Positions 18,708 through 28,121 of a stretch of DNA of 64,000 nt are shown here, one piece after another. This DNA is from Terriglobia bacterium (GTDB lineage: Bacteria; Acidobacteriota; Terriglobia; 20CM-2-55-15). The number at the start of each line of letters is the position of its first letter. The stretch's first letter is position 1. The stretch covers positions 640,001 through 704,000 of the forward strand of contig CBDAOY010000006.1 of NCBI GenBank assembly GCA_965198225.1. The letters are read 5' to 3'. The position numbers and the translations under genes were made by a program. The notes below the pieces were generated by a model. The model was not told the origin of the DNA, did not search any database, and saw only the letters and a list, made by a program, of their open reading frames with translations.

Positions 18708-19604
18708 TTAATAAGTATTCAAGGCCTCCAGCGCCGCATCCCGAACCAGCAGGCTCGGATCGCTCTCGCTCAACAGGGCGATCTTGTCGCGCGCGCCTTC
18801 TATCCTAAGTAAACTGAGACACTTAACAGCGTTTACGATTGCGTTGTTCTTGTCTTCTTCCGACATCTCTGAGAACTGTGCCAGGTAGTCGCGGCTCGTC
18901 AATTCGATCAGCAGATCAACGCCGGCTGCGTCGTTCATCTGCGCCAGCGCCATCGCGGCATTCCACCTCACGGCCGCCGCCGTGTCGTTCAAGGCGATCT
19001 GCAGGTCGTGAATCGCAACCGGATCCTTCAGAGCTCCCAGCACGTGGGCGGCCATCATCCGGATGCCCGAGTCCTCGCTCTGCAACTTCGTGATGACTGC
19101 CGGGGCTGCTTGCTTGTCCGCGATCGTGCCCAATGCCCACAGCGTCCAGATTTGCGTTTCCGTGTCGACGTCAGCCAGGCCTTCGGCGAGTGCGGGGACG
19201 GCCGCGGGATCTCCCAGGTGCCCCAGGCTGACAGCCAGAAATCGCCGAATTCGCGTGTCGTCGGTCTTTGCGTTCTCGTAGACGGAGATCAATTCCGCAC
19301 CAAAACTGGTGCCCCGCAGCTCCTCCTTCTGGGCCGCTATCACTTTCGACAGATCCAGAGCGGCCTGCCATCGCCGCGTGTCGAACGGAGAGTAACCCGC
19401 GTTCTGCCGGATCTCGGTCAGGTACGTCCGTGGCGATTTCTGGTCATAGGTGATGAAGCCGAACAGAACAAACACCCCGATACCGAACGCGATGATGATC
19501 AGCGGGAAGAGGAAGAACTGGGCAATCAACAGCGAAGTGGGTTTCTGCACCTCGGTCAGATCTTCCTGAGGCGGCATTGAAATTGGATTGCCGTTGGACT
19601 CCAT
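18708..19604 (-). CDS. Membrane-anchored HEAT-repeat protein
   Basis: N-terminal TM; repeated LG.lgD..Av.aL...L.D....vR..A motifs. Confidence 0.85.
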   Translation of the reverse strand: MESNGNPISMPPQEDLTEVQKPTSLLIAQFFLFPLIIIAFGIGVFVLFGFITYDQKSPRTYLTEIRQNAGYSPFDTRRWQAALDLSKVIAAQKEELRGTSFGAELISVYENAKTDDTRIRRFLAVSLGHLGDPAAVPALAEGLADVDTETQIWTLWALGTIADKQAAPAVITKLQSEDSGIRMMAAHVLGALKDPVAIHDLQIALNDTAAAVRWNAAMALAQMNDAAGVDLLIELTSRDYLAQFSEMSEEDKNNAIVNAVKCLSLLRIEGARDKIALLSESDPSLLVRDAALEALNTY

Positions 19605-19751
19605 AGGCGCGCCTGGAACGCGAGATTCTCCTCAAACGCCGAACATAGCAGAATAGAAAAATTGGGCTGTCCCGTCAACTCTAAACCGTGCAAAAAAAGG
19701 GATTTCGGGCGTTTTGAGAGACTTCGGATGCCGGGTTTCCGCCCGGATCCG

Positions 19752-20948
19752 TCACTCTTCCAGGCATATGGTGGCGGAGGCGGCCAGCTCGGCGATTTCG
19801 GCTTCCCCGTAGCCCAGACTTTCCAAGGTCGCCGCGTTGTGCTCGCCGAACCGCGGCGGAGGCTGTTCCAGACCCCCGGCCGTGTCGGACAGTTTGATCG
19901 GGATCCCCAGCATCTTCAGCGGGCCGTACTCGGGGTGAGTGAGTTCGCCGACCATCTCGCGGGCACGGATATGGGGGTCCTCGAGGATCTCTCCGACGGT
20001 GTTGATGGGTCCAACGGGTATACCCACTGCGGAAAGACGCTCGGTGATTTCGGCTCGCGTCAGCGGATGGATCGCTCGATCCATGATCGGCTTCAGGGCC
20101 TCGTAGTTCTTGATCCGGTTCGCGTTCGAATCAAAACGGGGGTCCGTGGCGACCTCCGGAAACTCCATGACGTTGCAGAAATTCTCCCACTGCTTCTGGT
20201 TCGTCACCGCGACGTTGATAAAACCATCGCTCGCATGGAAGCTCTCGTAAGGCACGATCGAGGGGTGACGTGAGCCCATCCTTGTCGGCGACCGGCCGGT
20301 CGTCAGGTAGATTTCGGCCTGGTACGCCAGAGTCGAGACCATGCTGTCGAGGAGGCTGATGTCCACGTGCTGTCCCTGCCCGGAACGGTGTCGCGCGAGC
20401 AGGGCCAGGAGGATGCCGTGGAAGGCATACAAGCCCGTGACGATGTCGGCCAGGGAGCCGCCGATCTTGACCGGTCCCCGGTCCGGCTCACCCGTGAGAT
20501 CCATCATCCCCGACTCTCCCTGGGCGATGACGTCGTAGCCGGGCCGATCGCGGTAGGGGCCGGTCTGGCCGAAACCGGAGATGGAGCAGTAGACAACCCG
20601 GCTGTTGCGCTCCGTGACGTCGGCGTAGGAGAAACCCAGCCGGTCGAGCACCCCGGGCCGGAAGTTCTCGACAACGACGTCAGCCCGGTCTATCAGCTTC
20701 CAGAGAATCTCACGTCCGGCCTCGTTCTTGAGATTCAGTCCCAGGCTCTGCTTGTTCCGGTTGACCGACAGGAAGTACGTGCTGATTCCTCCTACGAACG
20801 GAGGCCCCCACATCCTGCTGTCGTCGCCGTGCGGCGGCGGTTCGACCTTGACGACGCGTGCGCCCATGTCGCCCATCAGCATCGTGCAGATCGGGCCGGA
20901 CAGAATACGGGTGAGATCGACCACGAAGATATCGTCCAAGGGCTTCAT
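19752..20948 (-). CDS. CaiB/BaiF class III CoA-transferase
   Basis: DLTRILSGP, NRNKQS, ENFRPG, RPGYD, ADIVTG. Confidence 0.95.
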   Translation of the reverse strand: MKPLDDIFVVDLTRILSGPICTMLMGDMGARVVKVEPPPHGDDSRMWGPPFVGGISTYFLSVNRNKQSLGLNLKNEAGREILWKLIDRADVVVENFRPGVLDRLGFSYADVTERNSRVVYCSISGFGQTGPYRDRPGYDVIAQGESGMMDLTGEPDRGPVKIGGSLADIVTGLYAFHGILLALLARHRSGQGQHVDISLLDSMVSTLAYQAEIYLTTGRSPTRMGSRHPSIVPYESFHASDGFINVAVTNQKQWENFCNVMEFPEVATDPRFDSNANRIKNYEALKPIMDRAIHPLTRAEITERLSAVGIPVGPINTVGEILEDPHIRAREMVGELTHPEYGPLKMLGIPIKLSDTAGGLEQPPPRFGEHNAATLESLGYGEAEIAELAASATICLEE

Positions 20949-20972
20949 CGGGACGGGATCATAGCATGCGGG

Positions 20973-21112
20973 AAGTGAGGAAGAAGTGACAAGTGATGAG
21001 TGACCAGTGACAAGTAAGAGGGTTACTCCGACTCGTCACTTGTCACTCGTCACCTCCCCCCGGCAACTCGTCACTTGTCACTTCCTCCAACGGCCTACGG
21101 ACAACGGGCTAC
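20973..21112. repeat. Inverted 7-bp-period array (AGTGACA/TGTCACT type) plus a CCTACGG array
   Basis: aagtgacaagtgatgagtgaccagtgacaagt ... actcgtcacttgtcactcgtcac ... actcgtcacttgtcactt; aacggcctacggacaacgg. Confidence 0.85.
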
Positions 21113-21117
21113 GCTCA

Positions 21118-21567
21118 TCAGAACCTCTTCCGACTATCCAGCATTAGCGTCACGGGCCCGTCGTTCGTCAACTCCACGTCCATCATCGCCTGGAAGACAC
21201 CGGTCGATACCCCCACGCCGGCGTTCTCGACTTCCCGGATGTACTGTTCGTAGAGATCCCGTGCCTCGTCGGGGGGAGCGGCTTTGTCAAAGGACGGTCG
21301 TCGGCCTTTCCGGCAGTCGCCCAAGAGCGTGAACTGAGACACGGCGAGGAGCTCACCGCCGGCGTCGAGAAGGGAGCGGTTCATCCTGCCGTCGGCGTCC
21401 TCGAAGACCCGAAGTTCGACGGTCTTTTTCGCCATCACACGGGCGTCATCGTCGGTGTCGTCTTTTTCCACACCGAGAAGAACGACAAGGCCGCTCCCGA
21501 TTCTCGAGTGCTCGTTGCCGTCGATCAAGACGCGTGCCGTGGAGACTCTCTGGATGACCGCACGCAT
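21118..21567 (-). CDS. dtd: D-aminoacyl-tRNA deacylase
   Basis: MRAVIQRV, SQFTL, KGRRPSF, NDGPVT. Confidence 0.97.
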   Translation of the reverse strand: MRAVIQRVSTARVLIDGNEHSRIGSGLVVLLGVEKDDTDDDARVMAKKTVELRVFEDADGRMNRSLLDAGGELLAVSQFTLLGDCRKGRRPSFDKAAPPDEARDLYEQYIREVENAGVGVSTGVFQAMMDVELTNDGPVTLMLDSRKRF

Positions 21568-21582
21568 CTCAGTGGGATGACA

Positions 21583-22968
21583 TCAATTGGAGTTGCGGAG
21601 GGTTTTCAGGAAAAGGCGCTGGATCTTGGAGTTCAGGAGGCGGGTGTTGCGGGCGTCGGTCTTCCATTTCTTGCACAGGTTCGACACCGGGATGATGGCC
21701 TTTGCCATCGACGCATGGCCGCCGGCCGAACCGAGCGTACCGAAAGCCTCCTTGACGACCTTTCCTGCCGCTCGGACGTAGCCGACGTTTCGAACCGAAA
21801 GGATCAGGTCCGATTCGTAAATGCCGCTGACCACGGCCCACTCGACTCCCTCGAACTGTAGACAGAAGTCCGCAAGTTGAGGGATGAGGTCCTCTCGCTG
21901 GACGCGACCGAGGCTGACGAACGCCACCTTCTCCTTTATCTGTCTGGCCTTCAGCGCCCGGCTCAGCGCGTCCAGGGCCGCTGGCGGTAGTGCCGGTCGT
22001 TCGATCCGGCGCAGCAGATTCTGGTTGGCACGCTGGTACAGGTAGGAGAATGCCTCGACGTCCCATTCGTTCGTTTCGCGCGCGAGTGTGAACGTGTCGC
22101 TCTTGATGCCGTAGAGCAGCGCCGTCGCCAGGCGCGTGCCTATGCTGTTGCCCTGACTGAGCAGGTATTCCAGCAGAATCGTCGCGGTTGCGCCGTAGCC
22201 GGGCCGGACGTCGCGGATGGCGGTTTCGTAGTCGAACTGTTCGGGGTGGTGATCGACGACCAGATCGAGTCGGGGCAGCGTGGCCTTGATGTGTGAGGGT
22301 TGCAGGTCGACCAGCGCGATCCGGTCGAAGTTCTCGATCTTCGTCGGGGTGATGAGCTCGACCTCGATCTCGAGCAGCTTTACCATCGCGATGTTCTCTG
22401 GCCGGGTCACTCGTCCGAAACTACCGATGGTCGCAGTCTGTTTGTTCCGTCCCAGGACTTGGCGCAACGCGAGCCCGCTCGCGATTGCGTCCGGATCCGG
22501 ATCGTCCTGCATGAGGATGAGGACGTCATCGGCGTCCTCGAAATGCTCGCGGATCTCTTCAACCTGTCGCGTCGTTCTTGCCAGCACGATGTGCCAGCGA
22601 AGATTGCCCTCCAACAGTTGCTGCATGGTGATGCAATGAACGAAGTCGGCCCGTCCCGAGACTTCCTCCCGGTGCGCGGTGATCACCAGCGTCGGCACGC
22701 GGCTGCCGTTCTTGCGAACCAGTTCAAGAACTGCCTCGATGCGATCGAGATTATCGGACTGTATGAGCAGCAGGTCGGCCTCATCTCTGAGACGCTTCCG
22801 GAGCGAAGAATTGTTGCGGCCCGCCAGGGAGACCGTCTGGCCGTGGGAGGAGAGGTGTCGCTTGGCTGCGGGGTCGGTGACGATGTAGGTGGTATCGCCG
22901 TTGCCGACGAAGTAGTCTTTGAGGAGACCTGCGATGTAGTCTTCCTCGATGTAGACGACGGACCTCAT
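21583..22968 (-). CDS. DHH/DHHA1 phosphoesterase with an N-terminal regulatory-like domain
   Basis: DPDPDAIAS, VDHH, GIKSDT, SAGGH. Confidence 0.9.
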   Translation of the reverse strand: MRSVVYIEEDYIAGLLKDYFVGNGDTTYIVTDPAAKRHLSSHGQTVSLAGRNNSSLRKRLRDEADLLLIQSDNLDRIEAVLELVRKNGSRVPTLVITAHREEVSGRADFVHCITMQQLLEGNLRWHIVLARTTRQVEEIREHFEDADDVLILMQDDPDPDAIASGLALRQVLGRNKQTATIGSFGRVTRPENIAMVKLLEIEVELITPTKIENFDRIALVDLQPSHIKATLPRLDLVVDHHPEQFDYETAIRDVRPGYGATATILLEYLLSQGNSIGTRLATALLYGIKSDTFTLARETNEWDVEAFSYLYQRANQNLLRRIERPALPPAALDALSRALKARQIKEKVAFVSLGRVQREDLIPQLADFCLQFEGVEWAVVSGIYESDLILSVRNVGYVRAAGKVVKEAFGTLGSAGGHASMAKAIIPVSNLCKKWKTDARNTRLLNSKIQRLFLKTLRNSN

Positions 22969-23010
22969 AGGGCGTCTGGCGTCCGTCCGGATTCCCCTGT
23001 AGTTCGCAAC

Positions 23011-23039
23011 AAAAATGCACCTTCAACCGCTGAAGGTGC
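23011..23039 (-). terminator. Intrinsic terminator
   Basis: Minus strand GCACCTTCA-gcggt-TGAAGGTGC followed by ATTTTT. Confidence 0.75.
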
Positions 23040-23076
23040 CCGTCGCCACTGAGTGGAATCCAGCGGCACAGCCAAA
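23011..23076 (-). ncRNA. Candidate ~65-nt small RNA or attenuating leader
   Basis: Lies between a near-consensus promoter and a terminator; internal hairpin GCCGCTG-gattccact-CAGTGGC; no ORF. Confidence 0.5.
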
Positions 23077-23081
23077 CTTCA

Positions 23082-23111
23082 ATTGTAGGTTTCTGGCGGA
23101 GGCCTTGTCAA
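23082..23111 (-). promoter_or_regulatory. Sigma70 promoter
   Basis: TTGACA (23111-23106), 18-bp spacer, TACAAT (23087-23082). Confidence 0.75.
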
Positions 23112-23234
23112 ACAAGCAGACGCCTTATCACACAACGCGCCACGAGGCGGAATGAAGACTATTTCGCGCCCATACTCCTTCAAACGACGTGTTTTTGCAC
23201 GGGAATCGAGACCGTGAGGGGTCGACGACAGGAT

Positions 23235-24371
23235 TTACATGTCGATTCGCTCGATCAGCCCCGCGATGAGCGCCGTGCGCCACGGGAGTTGGTCGACCTC
23301 TATGTGTTCGTCGACCTGGTGGGGGCCCAGCCCCACCGTACCGAGCCCGTCCAGGGTCGGAACGCCCAACGCTGCCGTGAAGTTGCCGTCCGACGCCCCG
23401 CCGGTCGACCCCTCCTGAAGATCATGCCCCACCTCACCCGCGATTTCTTGAGCCAGTTCGAACAGCCTTGCGGTGTCGGAGGTCCGCTCCATGGGGGGGC
23501 GGCTGATCCGGCCACGCACCTCTATCCTCGAGCCCGGCAACACGGGTGACAGTGCGCGGACTGCTTGAGTAACCCGTTCGGCTTCATCTGTCGAGGTGAT
23601 TCTGGTGTCAATCTCGATCGCCGATTCCGCCGGAACGACGTTGGGTCGTGTTCCACCCCGAACGACGCCCACGGTCAGTGTCGTACCGCGATCAGGATCC
23701 GTCATCCGCTGCAGTTTCAGGATCTGATGCGCAATCTCTTCGATCGAGTTGATGCCCTCTTCGGGGTTGATCCCGGAGTGCGTCGCCTTCCCGATCGCTT
23801 TGACGGTGAAGCGTCCCACGCCTTTGCGTGCAGTCTTCAGGACACCTCCTGGCAGGGAAGGCTCCAGAACCAGGACAGCCTGCGAGCGGCGTGCTTCGGC
23901 CTCGATCAGCTCTTGAGAGCTTCTCCCACCGATCTCCTCGTCGCTGGTCAGCAGTACAGTGACCGGGTTTCGAAGCTGACCGCGGATCCGCGCGACGGTT
24001 CGGATCGCCATCCACATCATCGCGATCCCGGCTTTCATGTCGAAGACGCCGGGGCCGCTGGCGATGTTCCCTTCGATCTTGAAAGGGCGTTTCTGAACCT
24101 CTCCGGCGGGAAACACGGTGTCGGTGTGTCCCAGCAACATTATGGGGCGATCCCCGGCACCCGGGAACCGGACCCGGAGATGATCGCCAAAGCCTTCGAC
24201 CGGATTCACGAACACCTCTCCAGCGATCTCCTCGAAACGCCGGGCGAGGAAGGCCACAAGTCGGTCGACGAGTGGTTTGTCGTAGCTGGGCGACTCCATG
24301 TCCACCATCTGTTGCAGGAGCTCGATCCCGTCTTTCTTGCTGTTCTCCAGATCAGTCAGTATTTGCTTCAT
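23235..24371 (-). CDS. M20 metallopeptidase (glutamate carboxypeptidase-like)
   Basis: GHTDTV, GVFDMK, DEEIG, LEP, GGASDGN, GPH. Confidence 0.93.
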   Translation of the reverse strand: MKQILTDLENSKKDGIELLQQMVDMESPSYDKPLVDRLVAFLARRFEEIAGEVFVNPVEGFGDHLRVRFPGAGDRPIMLLGHTDTVFPAGEVQKRPFKIEGNIASGPGVFDMKAGIAMMWMAIRTVARIRGQLRNPVTVLLTSDEEIGGRSSQELIEAEARRSQAVLVLEPSLPGGVLKTARKGVGRFTVKAIGKATHSGINPEEGINSIEEIAHQILKLQRMTDPDRGTTLTVGVVRGGTRPNVVPAESAIEIDTRITSTDEAERVTQAVRALSPVLPGSRIEVRGRISRPPMERTSDTARLFELAQEIAGEVGHDLQEGSTGGASDGNFTAALGVPTLDGLGTVGLGPHQVDEHIEVDQLPWRTALIAGLIERIDM

Positions 24372-24473
24372 TGTCTGTCCTTTCGCACTCCGCGCGGGGC
24401 ATCCGCGACGTCGTCAGTCGCGCGCGCGAGCTCAAGCTATAATGCCATGTCACCGGCCGCGCGAATAAACCGT

Positions 24474-25595
24474 ATGAAGATTGCCATCCTGGGTATCCGG
24501 GGGATTCCCGCAAACTACGGAGGGTTCGAAACCTTCGCCGAAGAGCTGGCGCCGCGTCTGGTCGCACGCGGGTACGAGGTGACCGTCTACGGCCGGTCGA
24601 ACAATATCGATCACGCGTCCGACATCTACCGCGGAGTCCGCCTGGTCATACTTCCGACGATTCCAACAAAACACCTGGATACGGTTGCCCACACCTTCCT
24701 TTCGGTCTTCCATTCCCTGACTCGACGTTTTGATGCGATGTTGATGTGCAACGCAGCTAATGCAGTTTTTTGTGCCGTGCCGCGGTTGGCCGGCACGCCA
24801 GTGGCGCTGAACGTGGACGGGATCGAACGGAAAAGGAAGAAATGGGGGTTGGCCGGGCGATCCTACTATCGCATCTCCGAACGCCTGTCGACCTTCATTC
24901 CGACGCTGGTCGTCACAGACGCCGCCGTCATGCAGGACTATTACCTGAAGGAACACAACGCGTCGTCGGTGATGATCGCCTATGGCGCCGACTGCCGACA
25001 GCGTCCCGAAACCGGGTTTCTGGAAACGCTCGGGCTCGGACCCCGAAACTACCTCCTGTACGTGAGCCGGTTTGAGCCCGAAAACAACGTGCACCTGGCG
25101 ATTGAAGCCTATCGTGAGGTCGACACGGGCATGCCGCTGGTGATTGTCGGTGACGCGCCTTACGCGGCGGCCTATATCCAGCGGCTCCGAGCGATGGCGG
25201 ACGAGCGCGTACGCTTCCCCGGCGCCATCTACGGCGACGGCTACCTCGAACTTCGATCCCACGCCTATGCGTGGGTCCAGGCGACCGAGGTTGGCGGAAC
25301 TCATCCCGCCCTGTTAGAGGCAATGGGGGCGGGCAACTGTGTTCTGGCAAAAAACACGCCCGAGCACGTCGAAGTATTGGGGGATTCGGGCCTCTACTTT
25401 GACACTGCCCGGGACCTTGCCGGGCTGATCCGGCGGGTCCTTGAAGATCCGCCACTTGCCGCCGAATACCGCGAGCGTGCCCGGTCTCGAGCGCAGGCGA
25501 ACTACTCCTGGGAAGCGATTACGGATCAATACGAGCAGCTGTTTCGCAGAATGGCCGGATTGGAAGAAGTGACGAGTGAAGACTCGTCACTTTGA
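24474..25595 (+). CDS. GT4 glycosyltransferase (DUF1972 type)
   Basis: MKIAILGIRGIPANYGGFETFAEEL, SRFEPENN, EVGGTHPALLEAM; TATAAT at 24438-24443. Confidence 0.93.
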   Translation: MKIAILGIRGIPANYGGFETFAEELAPRLVARGYEVTVYGRSNNIDHASDIYRGVRLVILPTIPTKHLDTVAHTFLSVFHSLTRRFDAMLMCNAANAVFCAVPRLAGTPVALNVDGIERKRKKWGLAGRSYYRISERLSTFIPTLVVTDAAVMQDYYLKEHNASSVMIAYGADCRQRPETGFLETLGLGPRNYLLYVSRFEPENNVHLAIEAYREVDTGMPLVIVGDAPYAAAYIQRLRAMADERVRFPGAIYGDGYLELRSHAYAWVQATEVGGTHPALLEAMGAGNCVLAKNTPEHVEVLGDSGLYFDTARDLAGLIRRVLEDPPLAAEYRERARSRAQANYSWEAITDQYEQLFRRMAGLEEVTSEDSSL

Positions 25596-25718
25596 TGTAG
25601 GTGCGGTCTATGACCGCACAAATCTTTGCAAAGCCACGGTGTGCGGTCATAGACCGCACCTACACGTCACCAGCTTTGTTCCCACAACTGACTACTCACT
25701 ACCGACTACTGCCTACTC
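25564..25718. repeat. REPIN copy 2 (25596-25664) flanked by heptamer arrays
   Basis: aagtgacgagt..actcgtcactt; tgtaggtgcggtctatgaccgcac...gtgcggtcatagaccgcacctaca; ctgactactcactaccgactactgcctact. Confidence 0.85.
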
Positions 25719-25758
25719 TGTTACAATTCCACCCTCAAGAAAACAAGGGAGAATACGT

Positions 25759-27183
25759 ATGAAACCAACAGTTTGCGGTCTGGCCTTCTCGCTGGTACTG
25801 GTCCTGGGGCAGCCGGTAATAGCCCAGGATTATGGCTTCAGTTCGGCGTGGCCCGAGCTCAGCCCGGCAGAGCGGGCGCAGGTCATGTCATTCGGCGAGG
25901 ATTTCAAGGGTTTCATGGGTCGGGCCAAGAGCGAAATGTGGTTCGTCCGTGAGGGTGTGGAGTACGCGGAGTCCCAGGGGTTCCGCGAGTGGTCCGGCGA
26001 CGCGTCGAGCTCGAACCTGACACCCGGTTCGAGGTGGTATGCGATCAACCGCGACCGCACCCTCGTGCTCTTCATCATCGGAACCGAACCCATCGAAGCC
26101 GGCATGCGGATCGTCAACACGCACATCGACTCCCCCCGTATCGAATTCAAAACGAAACCGCTCCGCGAACGCAACGAGGTCGTGACGATCGACGCGCAGG
26201 TCCACGGCGGGATCAAGACCTACCAGTGGGTCAACGTTCCGCTCGCCCTGATCGGGCGGATCGACAAGACGGACGGGTCGACCCAGTGGGTCGAGATCGG
26301 GACCCAACCGGACGATCCGATACTCCTGATCAGCGACCTGGCGCCGCATGTGGACCGGGACTACCGGAATCGAACTCAGCGGGATGTCATTCGAGCCGAG
26401 GAACTGGAGCCGATCATTGCTTCGTTGCCGCCGGATAAGGACAGCGAGTATAAGACTGCTACCGAGCGCCTCCTGGCCCTGCTGAAACAGGAGTACGACA
26501 TCGACGGCCGGGATTTCCTTTCGGCCGACATCCAGATCGTGCCGGCAACCGCGCCCAGGGACGTCGGTCTGGACCGCGCCCTGGTTGCTGCTTTCGGCCA
26601 GGATGACCGGTCCACGGGGTACATCAGCCTCCGCTCGATCGCCGAGATCGAAACTCCAGCTCACACTGCGGTTGCGTATGCAGTGAACAACGAAGAGACC
26701 GGATCGTGGAACACGGGTGTGAACTCCCAGTGGTTCACCACATTGGTGTCGGAGATGATCGAAGCTCAGAGGGGCGACTTCAACGACCTGACTCTGAGGC
26801 GGGCATACCGGAATACGGAAGTACTGGTGAGCGATACGACGACGGCTCTGAATCCCCTCTTCCCGGGTCCGCAAAGCCAGGAGTTGACCTCACGGCTCGG
26901 GTACGGACTCGTCGTCAAGGAGTACGGTGCGGGCAGGGAAGCCAATTCGGAGTTCTTCGCAAAACTTCGGGGAGTCCTGGATCGAGCCGGGGTGAAATGG
27001 CAGACGCATTCCTACAACGCGGGGTACGGCGGGGGCACGATCGCGGCCTGGTTCGCGGGACAGAATATGGACGTCATCGACGTGGGCATCGGAATCGTGA
27101 GCATGCACTCCCCCTACGAGATGTCCTCGAAGGTGGATCTCTGGCAGCTCCACAAGGGTTTTCAGGCGTTTTTCAATCAGTGA
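25759..27183 (+). CDS. M18-family aminopeptidase with a signal peptide
   Basis: HIDSP, GGIKTYQW, GQDDR, NEETGS, GGGTIA, SMHSP; MKPTVCGLAFSLVLVLGQPVIA signal. Confidence 0.88.
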   Translation: MKPTVCGLAFSLVLVLGQPVIAQDYGFSSAWPELSPAERAQVMSFGEDFKGFMGRAKSEMWFVREGVEYAESQGFREWSGDASSSNLTPGSRWYAINRDRTLVLFIIGTEPIEAGMRIVNTHIDSPRIEFKTKPLRERNEVVTIDAQVHGGIKTYQWVNVPLALIGRIDKTDGSTQWVEIGTQPDDPILLISDLAPHVDRDYRNRTQRDVIRAEELEPIIASLPPDKDSEYKTATERLLALLKQEYDIDGRDFLSADIQIVPATAPRDVGLDRALVAAFGQDDRSTGYISLRSIAEIETPAHTAVAYAVNNEETGSWNTGVNSQWFTTLVSEMIEAQRGDFNDLTLRRAYRNTEVLVSDTTTALNPLFPGPQSQELTSRLGYGLVVKEYGAGREANSEFFAKLRGVLDRAGVKWQTHSYNAGYGGGTIAAWFAGQNMDVIDVGIGIVSMHSPYEMSSKVDLWQLHKGFQAFFNQ

Positions 27184-27184
27184 C

Positions 27185-27302
27185 GAAGAAGTGGTCAGTG
27201 GCGAGTGGCCAGTGGCCGATGGATGAAGTGACGAATGCCAAGTGACAAGCTACATTCGGCGTACCCGTTACGCATCACTTGTCACTCGTCACTTGTCACT
27301 TC
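27185..27302. repeat. Heptamer arrays (AGTGGYC and AGTGACA with its inverted partner)
   Basis: agtggtcagtggcgagtggccagtggcc ... aagtgacaag ... tcacttgtcactcgtcacttgtcact. Confidence 0.85.
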
Positions 27303-27338
27303 TTTGGGGCAGTTAAAGACTTACAGGTTGTGCCACCC

Positions 27339-28121
27339 ATGAAAGGGATCGTTCTCGCAGGCGGGCTCGGAAGCCGTCTTCACCCGCTGACAAAAGTCAC
27401 CAACAAGCACCTCCTGCCCGTCTACGACCGGCCAATGGTCCACTACCCGATACAGAGCCTTGTGGACGGGGGTATCGAAGAGATCCTGGTGGTTACGGGC
27501 GGCAACAGCGCCGGGGATTTTCTGGAACTGCTCGGTCACGGCAAGGAGTTCGGCCTCAAGCATCTCGACTACACTTACCAGGAAGGTCACGGCGGCATCG
27601 CCGCCGCGCTCGGCCTTGCCGAGTTTTTCGCCGACGGCGAGCCGATCTGCGTCATCCTGGGCGACAATATTTACCAGAAGAGCTTTAAGTCCTCGGTCGA
27701 GACCTATATGCGCCAGGGTTCCGGGGCGCGCATGCACTTGAAGAAGGTTGAGAACGCTCAGCGCTTCGGCGTGCCGGTCCTGGACGGTGATCGAGTGGTC
27801 CGCGTCGAAGAGAAACCGGCTGAACCCAAATCCTCCTATGCCGTCACGGGCATGTATATGTACGACGCGCGAGTGTTCGAAATTATCAGAACTCTGAAGC
27901 CCTCCGGCAGGGGGGAGCTCGAGATCACCGACGTCAACAACGCATACATAGAGTCCGGTGAAATGACCTACGAGATTATCGAAGGCTGGTGGTCCGATGC
28001 CGGAACGTTCGATTCCTTGCTCCGAGCGAACATTCTGGTTGCAGGCCGCCAGGGGAAGGCGTCCGAAGAGATTTCGATGGACACGATCCGCCGCTCGGCG
28101 GCCGCTCTCGAGGAGCGATAG
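27339..28121 (+). CDS. rmlA: Glucose-1-phosphate thymidylyltransferase (short form)
   Basis: LAGGLGSRL, NKHLLPVYD, LGDNI, EEKP, RGELEITD, DAGT. Confidence 0.92.
   Translation: MKGIVLAGGLGSRLHPLTKVTNKHLLPVYDRPMVHYPIQSLVDGGIEEILVVTGGNSAGDFLELLGHGKEFGLKHLDYTYQEGHGGIAAALGLAEFFADGEPICVILGDNIYQKSFKSSVETYMRQGSGARMHLKKVENAQRFGVPVLDGDRVVRVEEKPAEPKSSYAVTGMYMYDARVFEIIRTLKPSGRGELEITDVNNAYIESGEMTYEIIEGWWSDAGTFDSLLRANILVAGRQGKASEEISMDTIRRSAAALEER

Noticed and set aside
22970-23230. 6S RNA or tRNA in the DHH-M20 gap
   Set aside because: The promoter-terminator unit is only ~65 nt, with no long rod or cloverleaf
23565-24473. N-terminal 300-aa extension of the GT4 ORF
   Set aside because: Overlaps the M20 gene antisense; the family start is MKIAILG at 24474, downstream of a TATAAT
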